From Octopus vulgaris (lineage: Eukaryota), in assembly GCA_951406725.2 (NCBI GenBank), contig OX597821.1, positions 24,056,001 through 24,120,000 of the forward strand: a stretch of 64,000 nt of DNA, in the 5' to 3' direction. The translations under genes were made by a program, and so were the position numbers. The notes below the pieces were generated by a model that was not told the origin of the DNA, did not search any database, and worked only from the letters and a program-made list of their open reading frames with translations. Numbering within the stretch: the stretch's first letter is position 1; each line of letters begins with the position of its first letter. Below, in pieces: positions 1 through 11,583 of the stretch.

Positions 1-614
1 CTGTACATAGCCATCTATCATTTCTTCTGTTTACATTCTGATTTTCATCAAAGTTTTTTCTCGTAGAGAAGAACCAAATGACATCTTTCTCTTCTGGGTT
101 TTTAAGTTTGTTCTGGAGTCTTCTAGATCTGATTAAGCGATATTTCTACACTTTTCTGACATGAAATTACCTTTCCTTATCACATAAGATTTATATTTGA
201 TGTCTTTGTGGACAACATTCCGGATTGTTCTTTTTGACACATGGTGTTCTTTAGCAATCAGCCTCATGGATCTTCTGGGGTTGTCATGAAGGGTCTGCTT
301 TACTCGTTGAATAAATTCTGGTGTTCTAATAGTCTCAGTGCGTCCACAATGTTTGACACTGGCGATACATTTCCGTTTTTAGCCTCTAACTCTTTGCAAA
401 TTTTGTAGACGAAGGACCAGGCGGCTTCTAAAAATCGTGCTGTTTCTAAATTGCTATGTTCAGCCTTTAGAGCCACGATGACAACGTGCTTCTTAATTTC
501 TTGTGTAATCATAGGGTCTGCCATTGATAATTCTGAAATATAGAAAATATTAAGTTGATAAATATGCTGCTATAGTAAAATTAATATATGTTCTCAAATA
601 CCTTACGCACCCTG
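1..614 (-). mobile_element. Tc1/mariner-superfamily (maT/DD37D-like) transposon, 5' part, degenerate; runs off the window
   Basis: Minus strand starts TA-CAGGGTG (terminus at 614). ORF 300-524 is an HTH-type N-terminus. Frameshifted continuation reads ...DNPRRSMRLIAKEHHVSKRTIRNVVHKDIKYKSY... and EKNFDENQNVNRRNDRWLC (first catalytic-Asp region of this group). Confidence 0.7.
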
Positions 615-663
615 TATATATACATATATATATACATATATATACATATACACACACACACAC

Positions 664-760
<97 letters not shown>
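615..760. repeat. (TA)n/(CA)n compound microsatellite
   Basis: Direct reading. Confidence 0.95.
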
Positions 761-762
<2 letters not shown>

Positions 763-941
763 AGATAAGAAAATGGAGAAATACACCTAAATCAAATATC
801 AATTACCATATAATACTCAATCACATACTTTATTAAACCACCACATAAGAGACTGTAGGGTTAGATATAAAAAGCAGAACAACAGTATATTGGATATATG
901 TTATCCCATGGAGGGCTGCATTTACAACCCCTATCTCAATT

Positions 942-943
<2 letters not shown>
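761..943 (-). mobile_element. Internally deleted copy of the ribozyme-bearing element at 38620-39156
   Basis: 761-882 is close to the reverse complement of ~39035-39156, and 883-943 of 38620-38680. Flanked by (TA)n. Confidence 0.85.
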
Positions 944-1000
<57 letters not shown>

Positions 1001-1391
1001 AAATATGTGGAATTCCATTAAATAAGTCTAAAAAAACATATAATAGATGCACCAACAAACGGAAAACAAGCAGAAAAGGTCACTAAATCTTCATCAGTTA
1101 TCAGCCAGAGGGTCAAACGCATTATCGTTGAAAGCGCGAAATTGCGGACTCGGGTCCGTATGTATCATGTCAGGCTGGAGATGAGAACGATGATTTCCCT
1201 TTGCAAATACTGATAGGCACAGTGTGTTAATAGCCAACTGGAGGAGATGTCTTCCTTGGGCTATAAGGTACAGTAGCAACGTTCCTAATGGGTCAGCCAC
1301 TTTTAGGTGGCAAATATACATCATAACATATATATATATAATTCTGTCAGAATGGAGTAAGTTGAACAAGAACACACACGAAAACGAAAAG

Positions 1392-1436
1392 TGTCACTGA
1401 AGAAGTCACAGATGTGTGACGAAAGATTTCTGGACA
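1392..1436 (+). ncRNA. Minimal type I hammerhead ribozyme (intact core) in a short microsatellite-flanked element (~1340-1552)
   Basis: tgtca-CTGAAGA-a-gtcaca(gatg)tgtgac-GAAA-GAT-TTC-tggaca: 6-bp stem II, near-palindromic mini stem III, stem I with one bulge. Confidence 0.75.
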
Positions 1437-1552
1437 ATGGACATGAGTTAAAATAATAAAATAAGAACAGTAATAAACGAGTGAAGAAAAAATATATAGT
1501 GCGTGTGTTTATTTGGCAAAAAAGAAAAAAATGACCGACGCGAAATACAACA

Positions 1553-1611
1553 ACATACATACATACATACATACATACATACATACATACATACATACAT
1601 ACATACATACA

Positions 1612-1645
<34 letters not shown>

Positions 1646-1661
1646 ATGACCGTCCCGAAAT

Positions 1662-1704
<43 letters not shown>
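1553..1704. repeat. (TACA)n and (TA)n microsatellites
   Basis: Direct reading; a 21-nt near-copy of the adjacent element end (aatgaccg..gaaatacaa) sits between the two arrays. Confidence 0.9.
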
Positions 1705-1712
<8 letters not shown>

Positions 1713-2152
1713 AAAGTAAATAAATGGTACAACGAAGCACCGATATCTACTGGAAAATAGCGAACGTAATAAATACGACGCTAATGTATAGCTTCACTGT
1801 GTATGTACTAGTAAAGATGCGTGTGTGCAACAAACATGAAAAATTGTCTTACCTCTAGGAAAAACATCTGAAAAATGAAAAACCTAGATAATGGATAATG
1901 TAGTACCGGTTTCGGATTTTTCAAGATACGCTTGCCAAACGTATACTTGATTTATCCTCATCAGCTGCATAAACCCCGACAATATTTCAAAAGTTACTAG
2001 AGGTAAGACAATTTTTTTCATGTTTGTTGCACACACGCATCTTTACTAGTACATACGCAGTGAAGCTATACATTAGCGTCGTATTTATTACGTTCGCTAT
2101 TTTCCAGTAGATATCGGTGCTTCGTTGTACCATTTATTTACTTTTATGTATA
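1705..2152. repeat. ~155-bp near-perfect inverted repeats (1705-1858 / 1997-2152) enclosing a hammerhead; probable Penelope-like pLTR inversion
   Basis: The arms differ by one substitution and a 2-nt homopolymer length difference, by eye. Confidence 0.9.
1898..1970 (-). ncRNA. Type I hammerhead ribozyme (intact core)
   Basis: Minus strand: atgcag-CTGATGA-ggat..tcaag..atacg(loop)cgtat-cttga..atcc-GAAAC-CG-GTA-ctacat. Palindromic stem III ACCGGT; GUA cleavage triplet. Confidence 0.85.
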
Positions 2153-2211
2153 ATTTTACCCTCACGGGCTATCCTTTACTGGAAAGCAATACTCTAGTAT
2201 TGCATTACTAT

Positions 2212-2216
<5 letters not shown>

Positions 2217-2265
<49 letters not shown>

Positions 2266-2266
2266 C

Positions 2267-2342
<76 letters not shown>

Positions 2343-2363
2343 CAGACAGAAAGAGAGAGAGAG
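2217..2363. repeat. (TA)n, (GATA)n, (GA)n microsatellites
   Basis: Direct reading. Confidence 0.95.
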
Positions 2364-2474
2364 CGCGAACCAGAGAGGATATTACATATCTAGTAATTAA
2401 ACATAAATAATGACCTGTATGCATATGACATTATAATTATATATAACGTATTATTAATGTCAACCAGTCAACCT

Positions 2475-2951
2475 TGTAATGTTATATAAGAGGTGTACAG
2501 AGCACAGTTGTGTTTAGACATACAATAAGTAGTCGTTTCCCGCTAGTTTTAATGGCAAATGTCTTGCAAACAACTTGCACTTGCAAGTGCTACCAGTTAA
2601 AAGCTCCGTATACCGGAAGCTAGCAAGTGTATGGGGTCATCAGGAGAGAATGCGCGCCGTTTCGGGGCCTACCTCTCGACGGCATCAATGCGCACCGGCC
2701 CCCCCTCACTGACATGAGGCCCCGCTTGCTAGATCAGCTGGTTATGAAGAACTCAATATACTTCTAGCCATCGCTCATCGTCTCTTTTTAACCAAATCCA
2801 GTGGCTAGCCTTCTCCACTGTTAAGTAATCTCTAATAAGTCTTAAGAAAGACGGAACTAGCTGTTTCTATTTTCACTCTAAGCTGACGAAATCTCTGTTG
2901 CTGTAACTGTGGTTCTAATTTCAGTAAAAGACTAAATATATCTTTATTACA
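2475..2951. mobile_element. Possible solo LTR containing a GC-rich structured core
   Basis: TGTAAT...ATTACA termini; no clean TSD. Confidence 0.3.
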
Positions 2952-3244
2952 CAATATGAATATTTTTTTACTCCGTGTGTGTGTGACTGAGTAATATAAG
3001 ACGTGGATTCAGTGAATCGTTTGAAATTAATACTACAAGAAAAGGTTGCAAAACGGCCATAAACCCTGAGGATGTTACGTCGTTAAATAAATATATAGTC
3101 ACCTCTCATATCTCCTGACTTTTATATGTATATCATTATTCAGTTTATTTCAAGATTTCTTGCCAATAGATAAAGAACCGGTTCCTAACTGGATCCATCA
3201 TTGGTTCCATCATTGGAATTTCAACATCAACAACAGGGAATTTT

Positions 3245-3738
3245 TGTATGTATGTATGTATGTATGTATGTATGTATGTATGTATGTATGTATGTATGTA
3301 TGTATGTATGCATGTATGTATGCATGTATGTGTGTATGCTTGTATGCATGCATGTAGGCATGCATGTATGCATGCATGTATGTATGTATGTTTGTATGCA
3401 TGTATGTATGTATGTATGTATGTATGTATGTATGTATGTATGTATGTATGCATGCATGTATGTATGTATGTATGTATGTATGTATGTATGTATGTATGTA
3501 TGCATGTATGTATGTATGTATGTATGTATGTATGTATGTATGTATGCATGTATGCGTGTATATATGTATGTATGTATGTATGCATGCATGCATGCATGCA
3601 TGTATGTATGTATGTATGTATGTATGTATGTATGTATGTATGTATGTATGTATGCATGCATGTATGCGTGTATGTATGTATGTATGTATGTATGTATGTA
3701 TGTATGTATGCATGTATGTATGCATGTATGTATGTATG
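3245..3738. repeat. (TATG)n/(CATG)n microsatellite
   Basis: Direct reading; source of the spurious MYVC/HTYI ORFs. Confidence 0.97.
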
Positions 3739-4177
3739 TGGCGAAGATCAAGTTGAGTAGGTCTTCAAGTTTCGCCTACTGGCTTGTTCAGCCAGTGAAG
3801 TAATCTTTGCCGACTTGTATTTTTATATAAGGAGAAAAGCTTCATCAAAAGAACGTGGATTTTACAATTTGTTAAAAATTCCCGTAAATGGAATGTTTAT
3901 TTCATTCGCGGTAGTAAGCTAAATAAACGGTTAAAGGTCAAATAAACTACTAACTAGACATGTCAATAAAAAGGTTGTGATATGGAAGTAGAGAATGAAA
4001 AAAAAAAAGGGTATGGGAAAGTTTGTTGGGTAGAGGTCACAATAAGGTCAAATTGAAGACAATTGTTTAGCATAGTTCATGGTATCTTATAAAGGGACTG
4101 ACTTTTACAGTGTTTTTATGCTAAAATACTAAGTATTAAATAAATATATGAAAAAATATCTAACATACTAAAAGATA

Positions 4178-5343
4178 TTTGGTTGGAAGGAAAGTTCTGT
4201 TGCTTTTTTTTATATAATGACTTTGCGGGTATTTTTTACGATAAAATAAAGCATCAATTTTTACATTCTAATGTATCTGTTTTTCTTTGCAGGTTACTTT
4301 ATATCTTAATGATTAAATTCGTGTTGATTTTAATATTTTAAAATGAATTTAGACCAGTCCCTTATCCGGCACTGCATGCTTGAGTTAAAAAGTGTGAAGA
4401 AATATTTGCAATGTGTATGAAAATGAAGCTTTAAGTGTCGGGACATACTATGATAGTTTGGCCAATTTCGCTAGGGAAATGTTTCTCTCGCAGATTCCCT
4501 TCGATCTGGACAACGAAGTTCTGTCAAACTGATCTTCTGACAACCGTAAATGAGGAAAAACCAAAGCAAACTGCACGAGAATTTGCAAAAATAGTTTAAT
4601 TAAAGTCACACTTCAATCATAAAACACCTTCGTGAACGAGGGAAAGTGGTTCTCTCCTGATCTGACTGCTTTTCAGCATAATCAAAACGTTGCCTTCTGC
4701 TTATCATTGAAAAGTACAGTTGCTACCAAACCTTTCTGAGGTTCTCTATAACCATAGCCAGTGAAAACAATAATGGTTAACACCAAATGGAAAAGAGAAT
4801 CCTTCTTCTAAACAAGGATTACTCCAGAAAAAAGTTTTTCTCTGTGTTTTGTGGGATGTGGAGGCTGTCGTCTCTCGCGAAATGTTTCACCGAAAGAAGA
4901 CAGTTTATGCAGAAAAGTATTGCCGTCAATTGGAATCATTACACAATTTGCAGGAAAAGCAACCATCATTGGTCGATCATAAAGGGAGGAGTGGCGTTAA
5001 CACGATAATGCAAGGCCACATATAGTCTAAGATTATAAGACTAAATATGGGAGCTTTGCCATACTCTCCTGAACTTGCTCCATCTATCATTCTTTTGAGA
5101 GCAATACAAGCTTATTTAGAAGGAGAACAATCATTGTAAAAAGATTTAAAATGATATCGAATGTCTCTTTGTTTGGAAACCTGGAGAGGTTTGCGTCAAA
5201 GGATCAGCTGTTTGCTAAATAGATGGGATTATATTAGTGATAATGAGGGGGAATATTATCTTGATGTAATATATAAAGTGAGATCAAAGAACTATTTGTT
5301 TCTTCCAATCTTGAAACGTGACAAGACTTTCTTTCCAAGCTAA
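4178..5343 (+). mobile_element. Degenerate mariner (DD34D) element
   Basis: TIR-like ends tttggttggaaggaaagt / actttctttccaagctaa. Remnant motifs HDNARPH (5001-5021), PYSPELAPS (~5059-5085) and RWDYISDNEGEY. Confidence 0.8.
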
Positions 5344-5390
5344 CACGTGTATGGGTTTGCGTAGATGCCTATCTTTACAGTGAGTGTGTA

Positions 5391-5594
5391 TACGAGTGGG
5401 GTGCTGAAAAGTTCGCGAATGGCCTAGTTAGAATCCGAACCTTCCAAATTCTTTTACATGGCTTAGAAAAAGTGAAGAACCATTGCAATATGTGTGTAAA
5501 TCTGAGAGGGCAATATGTTGAATGAAATCATAATTTACTGATTCGCCTGTATTTTCTTTTACTCAAAGCCAGAAACCTTTCAGCACCTGTGATA
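5391..5594 (+). mobile_element. Mariner-derived MITE
   Basis: ggtgctgaaaagtt / aacctttcagcacc inverted ends; internal transposase C-terminal remnant (CNMCVNLRGQYVE*). Confidence 0.65.
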
Positions 5595-6470
5595 TATATG
5601 TAGTGTTATACGACCGTACGTAAGGAGGTTGGTGACAAATGTCTCCTTTTGTACGCCGCACGGTCGCATCCTAACATAAGTATATAAGAGAAGCCATACT
5701 ACATGGATATATAAAATACAGTACCAAAAAATATAATGAAGGACAACAAACCGTTCCACTGTTTGAGAGAGAAGAGATAGCTTTATTTACAATGTATAAA
5801 GTGAGAGTGTTGTGAGTGCTAGCAAGGTGGAGCGAATGTGAGCATGCATCAAATGTTTGTGTCTGTGTGCGTGCGACACGTATTTGTGTCTGTGTGTTCG
5901 TGTATGTGACAGAAGGTACAGACAAAGGTGTATGCACATGAAACAGAAATACAGAATACAGAGCATAAGATGAGTCTCAGCATAGAGAGTTATGATAGAG
6001 TTTAAATTACCAGTTCATATGGTACACGATAATAAGTTCTATAACAAGATGTTGGTGTCTCGAGGCGGAGGCCGGCCGGTTGGGCTCATGTCGTGCAGCG
6101 GTTGGAGCCTCAACGCCGAGCTGAGTCTCTTGATATAGTATCTCTTTAGATGGACTGACTGTTATCCTTGGTGAAAGATTCACTCTAACAGCGTGAGTTA
6201 AACTTGGTCGGGTTGTTGACGTGTACATGCTGTTGATGGTGGAATGGCGACGATGGTGAAGACGGCGTAAAGTTGGAGTACGATGATGGTGATGATGGCG
6301 GCGGAGATAGAAAACGTTCTGTCTGTCGTCTGTCGCTGGAACTGGAACATAGCTGAGTAGCTCTGTTGGTTAGTGACTAGACCTTAAAAGGTCTGGAGTC
6401 GAAAGATGAATCTTTATTATAGGCACAATGGCCCGAATGAAGAGGGGACATAACAATACAGGACATGGGG

Positions 6471-6870
6471 TACTCTCTTTTCCTTGTTTCAGTCTTTTGA
6501 CTGTGGCCATGTTGGAGCACCGCCTTTAGTCGAGCAAATCGACCCCGGGACTTATTCTTTGTAAGCCCAGTACTTATTTTTTCGGTCTTTTTGTCGAACC
6601 GCTAAGTGACGGGGACGTAAACACACCAGCATCGGTTGTCAAGCGATGTTGGGGGGGACAAACACAGACACATAAACATATACACACACACATATATATA
6701 TATACATATATACGACAGGCTTCTTTCAGTTTCCGTCTACCAAATCCACTCACAAGGCATTGGTCGGCCCGGGGCTATAGCAGAAGACACTTGCCCAAGA
6801 TGCCACGCAGTGGGACTGAACCCGGAACCATGTGGTTAGTTAGCAAGCTACTTACCACACAGCCACTCCT
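6471..6870 (-). mobile_element. SINE family A (tRNA-like head, internal CA/TA tract, ..gactgaaacaagtaaaagag tail)
   Basis: Matches more than ten copies in this window. Confidence 0.9.
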
Positions 6871-6977
6871 AAAAATACAAAAAGGATGGTATGACAATGA
6901 AATATCTATAATGAATTAAATGGAATGACTTACGAGCCCCCCCAAAGCTCGCAGTTTCATTTACAATTACAATTGTG

Positions 6978-8350
6978 CTATCCGGGGCGTTCATCCGTAA
7001 TGTAATCGAGTAACTCCTCCTGTTCTATAACACCTGGCAAACTGTCATATGGAATGTATTGCATTACGCCTACAGCTATATTTGAATACAAATTTATTAA
7101 TTTCATTACTGTCTCTCTTTCTACAATTGCCGCCTTTATTTGGTCATCGAATATCTTCGGGTTCAGTTTTACTCTAGTTAGATTTTTTATATTCGCTAAT
7201 TTCTTCTTAATTTCTTTGTCCTTTTTGTACAACATTATAGCTTTGAGATTTCTTCCTTTTGGCCTTCGTCCTTCCTTACATATTTTCAGTTGTTCTTCCA
7301 TTTTTCTTTCCCATTCTTTCTCTTCCTCCCACATTGAAACTTCACTCACTTTCGTTTCTGTATCTCTCTCTTCGTGCATTCGATCCTCTATCTCGTCGGT
7401 AGACTTCTTTTTAGCGTTTTTCTTTTTTTTTGTGCTTTGGGTGGTGATTCCACCCGCGTTCTCTTTCTATCCTCTTTTTCTTCTGTTCTTTCCTTTTCTT
7501 TCTCCTTCACCAACTCGTCACCACTTTCCACATTATCTGTAGTCACGATTTCCTCTTCCGCTTGCAATTCCACATTCGCCTTTTGTAACTCCTCTGTCAA
7601 AGCCTCCAATGTTGTCGTCTTCTCTTGTACTTCTCTTAGCGGACACATATCCTTCATGTGACCTCTACTTTTACATTTGTAACACACTGGGGGTCTCCCC
7701 TCCACCACGACTCTGAGACGTGTCTCGTCGGGGAACACCAACTCCTCTGGGATGTTATACAGGTCTGGCATGGTTATGTGAACCAAAGCCTGCACCGCAT
7801 AACCCCACCAATTTATTTCTTTCGGCTTTTCTACCTTCAGTATGTCGACGCTCTCTTTGCAGTTGAATATTATTGCTGCTACAATTCTTTCCGTGTCCAG
7901 TTCCGGTGAAATTTTACTAATCCGTATTCTCACTGCTCTTTTTCCACAATAGTTAGGTAGTAATACCCATTTTTCGGATTTCAATACTGTCGTGGCGTTT
8001 CTCTTCGCTTCGTCTTCGTTTTCAAAACGAACGTCTACTGTCGCGTATTTTCTACCTCTATTGTAGAAGGTAGTTTTTCCTTTAATTTCCTGTAGACACT
8101 TCTCGATTTCTTCCACCTCTGCAACTTCTATTCTCTTCGAAACCACACTCCACGTTCTGTACGTTATAATTCTCTTCTCAACTTCTTTCACTTCGTCTTC
8201 AGGTGGTGTGACCCTCAGACAATCACCTTCCTTCTTGAAACTGTCGTAGTACTTCCTCAAACTCTCCTTCTCGATAACTATTTCTTCCAACTGTAGTTCG
8301 CTCGCAGCCAGGCCTTTGCCTGCTGCCCTCGCATAAGTTTGGGCTTGCAT
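6978..8350 (-). CDS. L1/Tx1-type ORF1 protein (~457 aa if one frameshift in the A-run near 7420 is corrected), CCHC zinc knuckle
   Basis: MQAQTYARAA start; RRM-like middle; VVVEGRPPVCYKCKSRGHMKDMCP knuckle; charged tail continues in ORF 6978-7379. Confidence 0.75.
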
Positions 8351-9906
8351 ACCCAACAAAAACTCCAACAATTCACCACGCCGCAACAACTTCCAACAAC
8401 AAAATCAACAAAATCCAACTCACAGCCGTAATACACAATAACCGTAATACAAAATAACCGACACAAACACTTCCACCTTTTTGAGTATCCGGTCTGGAGT
8501 CGAAAGACGAAGAATAGTGAAAGCTGGCCTTTTTATAAGGAAAAAATGGCTCAATGATGCAGGCCTTATCCGAAGGCTGTGATTGGCTGGCTTTACACAG
8601 TGGCGCGAAATAAGTAGAGAAACAAACCGCGCCACATGCCAACCAATCAGATCAGTGGACACAACAGGGACAAACCATCCAAAGATGACTGTAATCTCAA
8701 ACGAGATCATTCTTATTGTGTTTCTCAAACAGTGAGGATATCAAATATGCTACATATGTCTAAAGAAAGAAAGAACTACAAAAGTTTATATTTTTGAATT
8801 CTCCAAAAGAATGTCGTTTGCGGTTTTATGTGCGCGTGCGCACACACACACATACACACACACCAGTCCATCCTGCGATTATGACTGTCGGTTTACGTAT
8901 CTACCTTCTCCATCGCCACCCTTCCTCTTCGGCATGTGTCTTCAGTGTGTTTAAATTTGGTTGCTGCTTATCTCTAACTTGAATTTCTGTAACGATGTGT
9001 TTGCTCCATGCTGGCCTTATAAGCTGCATCTACCGGTTGCAGCTGTAAGTGTGACGTCATGCATTACCAAATACTGAAACATACATAAAAAATAGAATGA
9101 AGGAATACCAAGTCATACCCATGTAACTTACACACATACACACACACACACATACATTAATAACGAACAATGAGGACGAGTGCTCAACACCGCCTTGGTA
9201 GACAAAAATTCTTTATTTATGGGTTAAGGCTACCATTGGTTTCATGTTAAAATCAAAGTTGGAATACATGGATGTGTAAATGAAAACTATAAGCATTTCG
9301 TGATTCTGCTCGTAAATAAGAACTATCAAATTGCTCAGTGCCATCAAGAAACCTCTTGAATAAGTACTGAAAATTTTCATGAAAAAAATATAGAGTAACG
9401 TATGAACAAAGCGATGGGTTAAGTTTGAAGTACCAGTCAATTTGATCTTCACAATAAATCTGATTCCCCTCTCAGTAAAGAACCATGCCATCAGTAAATG
9501 CTTAGTTGTTTTTAAAAGTGCTTTACAATAAAGACACTATTTTCACACACAAACTGCGATTTGGCAGAGTTAATTGTAAGAACGTAGGGGGGTAATGCCT
9601 TGCAGTATTTATTCCGGCTCTTTGTGTGTTGAATTATATTTCCTCGGGGTAAACTTTGCTTTCATTCGTCCAAGGTCGATAGAATAAAGTACTAGGAGCG
9701 ATAATATTGACGAACCATTGCCTTCCAAATTGTTGGTCTTGTGCCTAAATTAGAAACAATTATGTTCATACGCACATTTGATAAGTGTACATATTATTAA
9801 CTCGAAACTTTATATTCTTGAGTCACTGTAGCAACTCAGAAATTTAATATATATATATATGTAACAAATGTTGTTCTTTGGTCCAGGAGTCACCAAAATG
9901 TAACTA

Positions 9907-10132
9907 TTTCTTTATTACCCACAAGGGCTAAACATAGAGGGGACAAACAAGGACAGACAAAGGTATTAAGTCGATTACATCGACCCCAGTGTGTAAATGG
10001 TACTTAATTTATCGACCCCGAAAGGATGAAAGGTAAAGTCGACCTCGGTGGAATCTGAACTCAGAACGTAGCTGCAGACGAAATACCGCTTAGCATTTCG
10101 TCCGCCGTGCTAACGTTTGTGCCAGCTCGCCG
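9907..10132 (-). mobile_element. SINE family B (Tx1-like 3' tail)
   Basis: Reverse complement of 11584-11813. Confidence 0.85.
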
Positions 10133-10471
10133 CCAAAATGTAACGACATAAATTGGGATGAGAAGTCGGAAGTAGCAGTCATGTTTGAATGATGAGGATA
10201 CACCGTAGAAATGAATGAGTAAATAACAATTACGTATGAAGACGGTCATTTATTTTGTTGATTATAATGTCGTTGCAATATAAAACGAGAATGGAGACAG
10301 CGCAAAGCTGCCAAGGCAGCACCCACGTTCTCTCAACGAATAGCCGGAGATGATTTTTAAAATGAGAATATCTGAAATAAACTAGACTGCTCTCACAAAC
10401 GAGAATACTAAAAATGAACCCGACCGCTCTCAAAAATTAAGTAAAAACAAAAACGGTAAAGTAATCCAGAA

Positions 10472-10877
10472 GGCGCAGGAGTGGCTGTGTGGTAAGTAGC
10501 TTGTTTACCAACCACATGTTCCGGGTTCAGTCCCACTGCGTGGCACCTTGGGCAAGTGTCTTCTACTATAACCTCGGGCCGACCAAAGCCTTGTGAGTGG
10601 ATTTGGTAGACGGAAACTGAAAGAAACCCGTCGTATATATGTATATATATATATATGTGTGTATGTGTGTGTGTGTGTGTTTGTCCCCCTAGCATTGCTT
10701 GACAACCGATACTGGTGTGTTTATGTCCCCGTAACTTAGCGGTTCGGCAAAAGAGACCGATAGAATAATTACTGGACTTAGAAAGAATAAGTGCCGGGGT
10801 CGAGTTGCTCGACTAAAGGCGGTGCTCCAGCATGGCCACAGTCAAATGACTGAAACAAGTAAAAGAGTAAAGAGTAA
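10472..10877 (+). mobile_element. SINE family A
   Basis: ggcgcaggagtggctgtgtggtaag head with A/B-box-like motifs; multicopy. Confidence 0.9.
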
Positions 10878-11053
10878 AATCCTTGTCCGGTACTGGATCG
10901 ATCTCAGAATCTAATAAGTTCATGCCAGTCACGAAGCCAAACATACCTGAAAGTTTTATCCGAATCCATCCAGCGGCTCTTGAGATATCTTGTCCATGGA
11001 CAAACAAACACAACTGAAAACAATACCTCCGCCTTCGTTAAGACGAAGGTAAT
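10878..11053. mobile_element. Possible non-autonomous Helentron/HINE-like fragment
   Basis: Terminal tacctccgcc..gaaggtaat stem-loop next to an (ACAA)n tract. Confidence 0.4.
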
Positions 11054-11503
11054 AAAAACGATGTCATCACATTGCTTGTTTGTGTCTATACGTATTGGTG
11101 TTTTGTTGCCGTAAAATACTTTCCGGTTTCATGAATTCTTTATGTATGGAAGCTAGCTTAAAGATCCCGCTGCTAGAAAGGAAGAAAGGATAAGATCTGT
11201 AATGTCAAACTGAGAATATAAGCAATATGCGGTCCCTCTATTTTCCATTCGACCGAGATGCTCGATGGTAAGAAGGTAGCAATCAGGATGTCTGAATAAG
11301 ACTCTCTTTGAATATATATAAGGTTTGGAAACTAAAGTAGGTCATCCTAAAACAAAGGATTGACCTTTCGGTGACCAGAGAAAGTCTCAGAGATTAACTC
11401 ATCCTCATTAATCTCCAAATGCAGAGGGGAGAAAATAAAGACCGGAAATTTATCTGACAATCAATGAAAATGTGGATTCGGTTTTGAGTCTTAACTGGTC
11501 CCT

Positions 11504-11583
<80 letters not shown>

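Larger units (their letters stand above)
6407..8490 (-). mobile_element. ORF1-only (HAL1-like) non-LTR retroelement, full length
   Basis: 17-bp TSD ggtctggagtcgaaaga (6390-6406, 8491-8507). Single gag-like ORF, 3' AATAAA, no room for ORF2. Confidence 0.8.
5604..8666 (-). mobile_element. Probable solo LTR (~960 bp reconstructed: 5604-6406 + 8508-8666) interrupted by an ORF1-only retroelement
   Basis: TGTT...AACA termini. Minus strand has CCAAT boxes, TATAAAA (~8531-8537) and AATAAA (5782-5787). The two halves join through a duplicated 17-mer. No TSD for the LTR itself. Confidence 0.55.

Noticed and set aside
3145-3803. Long ORFs of [12 protein letters not shown] type here and throughout
   Set aside because: Stop-free translations of microsatellites.
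6636-6839. Recurrent ORFs like YDRLLSVSVYQIHSQG..EDTCPRCHAVGLNPEP
   Set aside because: Antisense readings of SINE family A, not a gene family.
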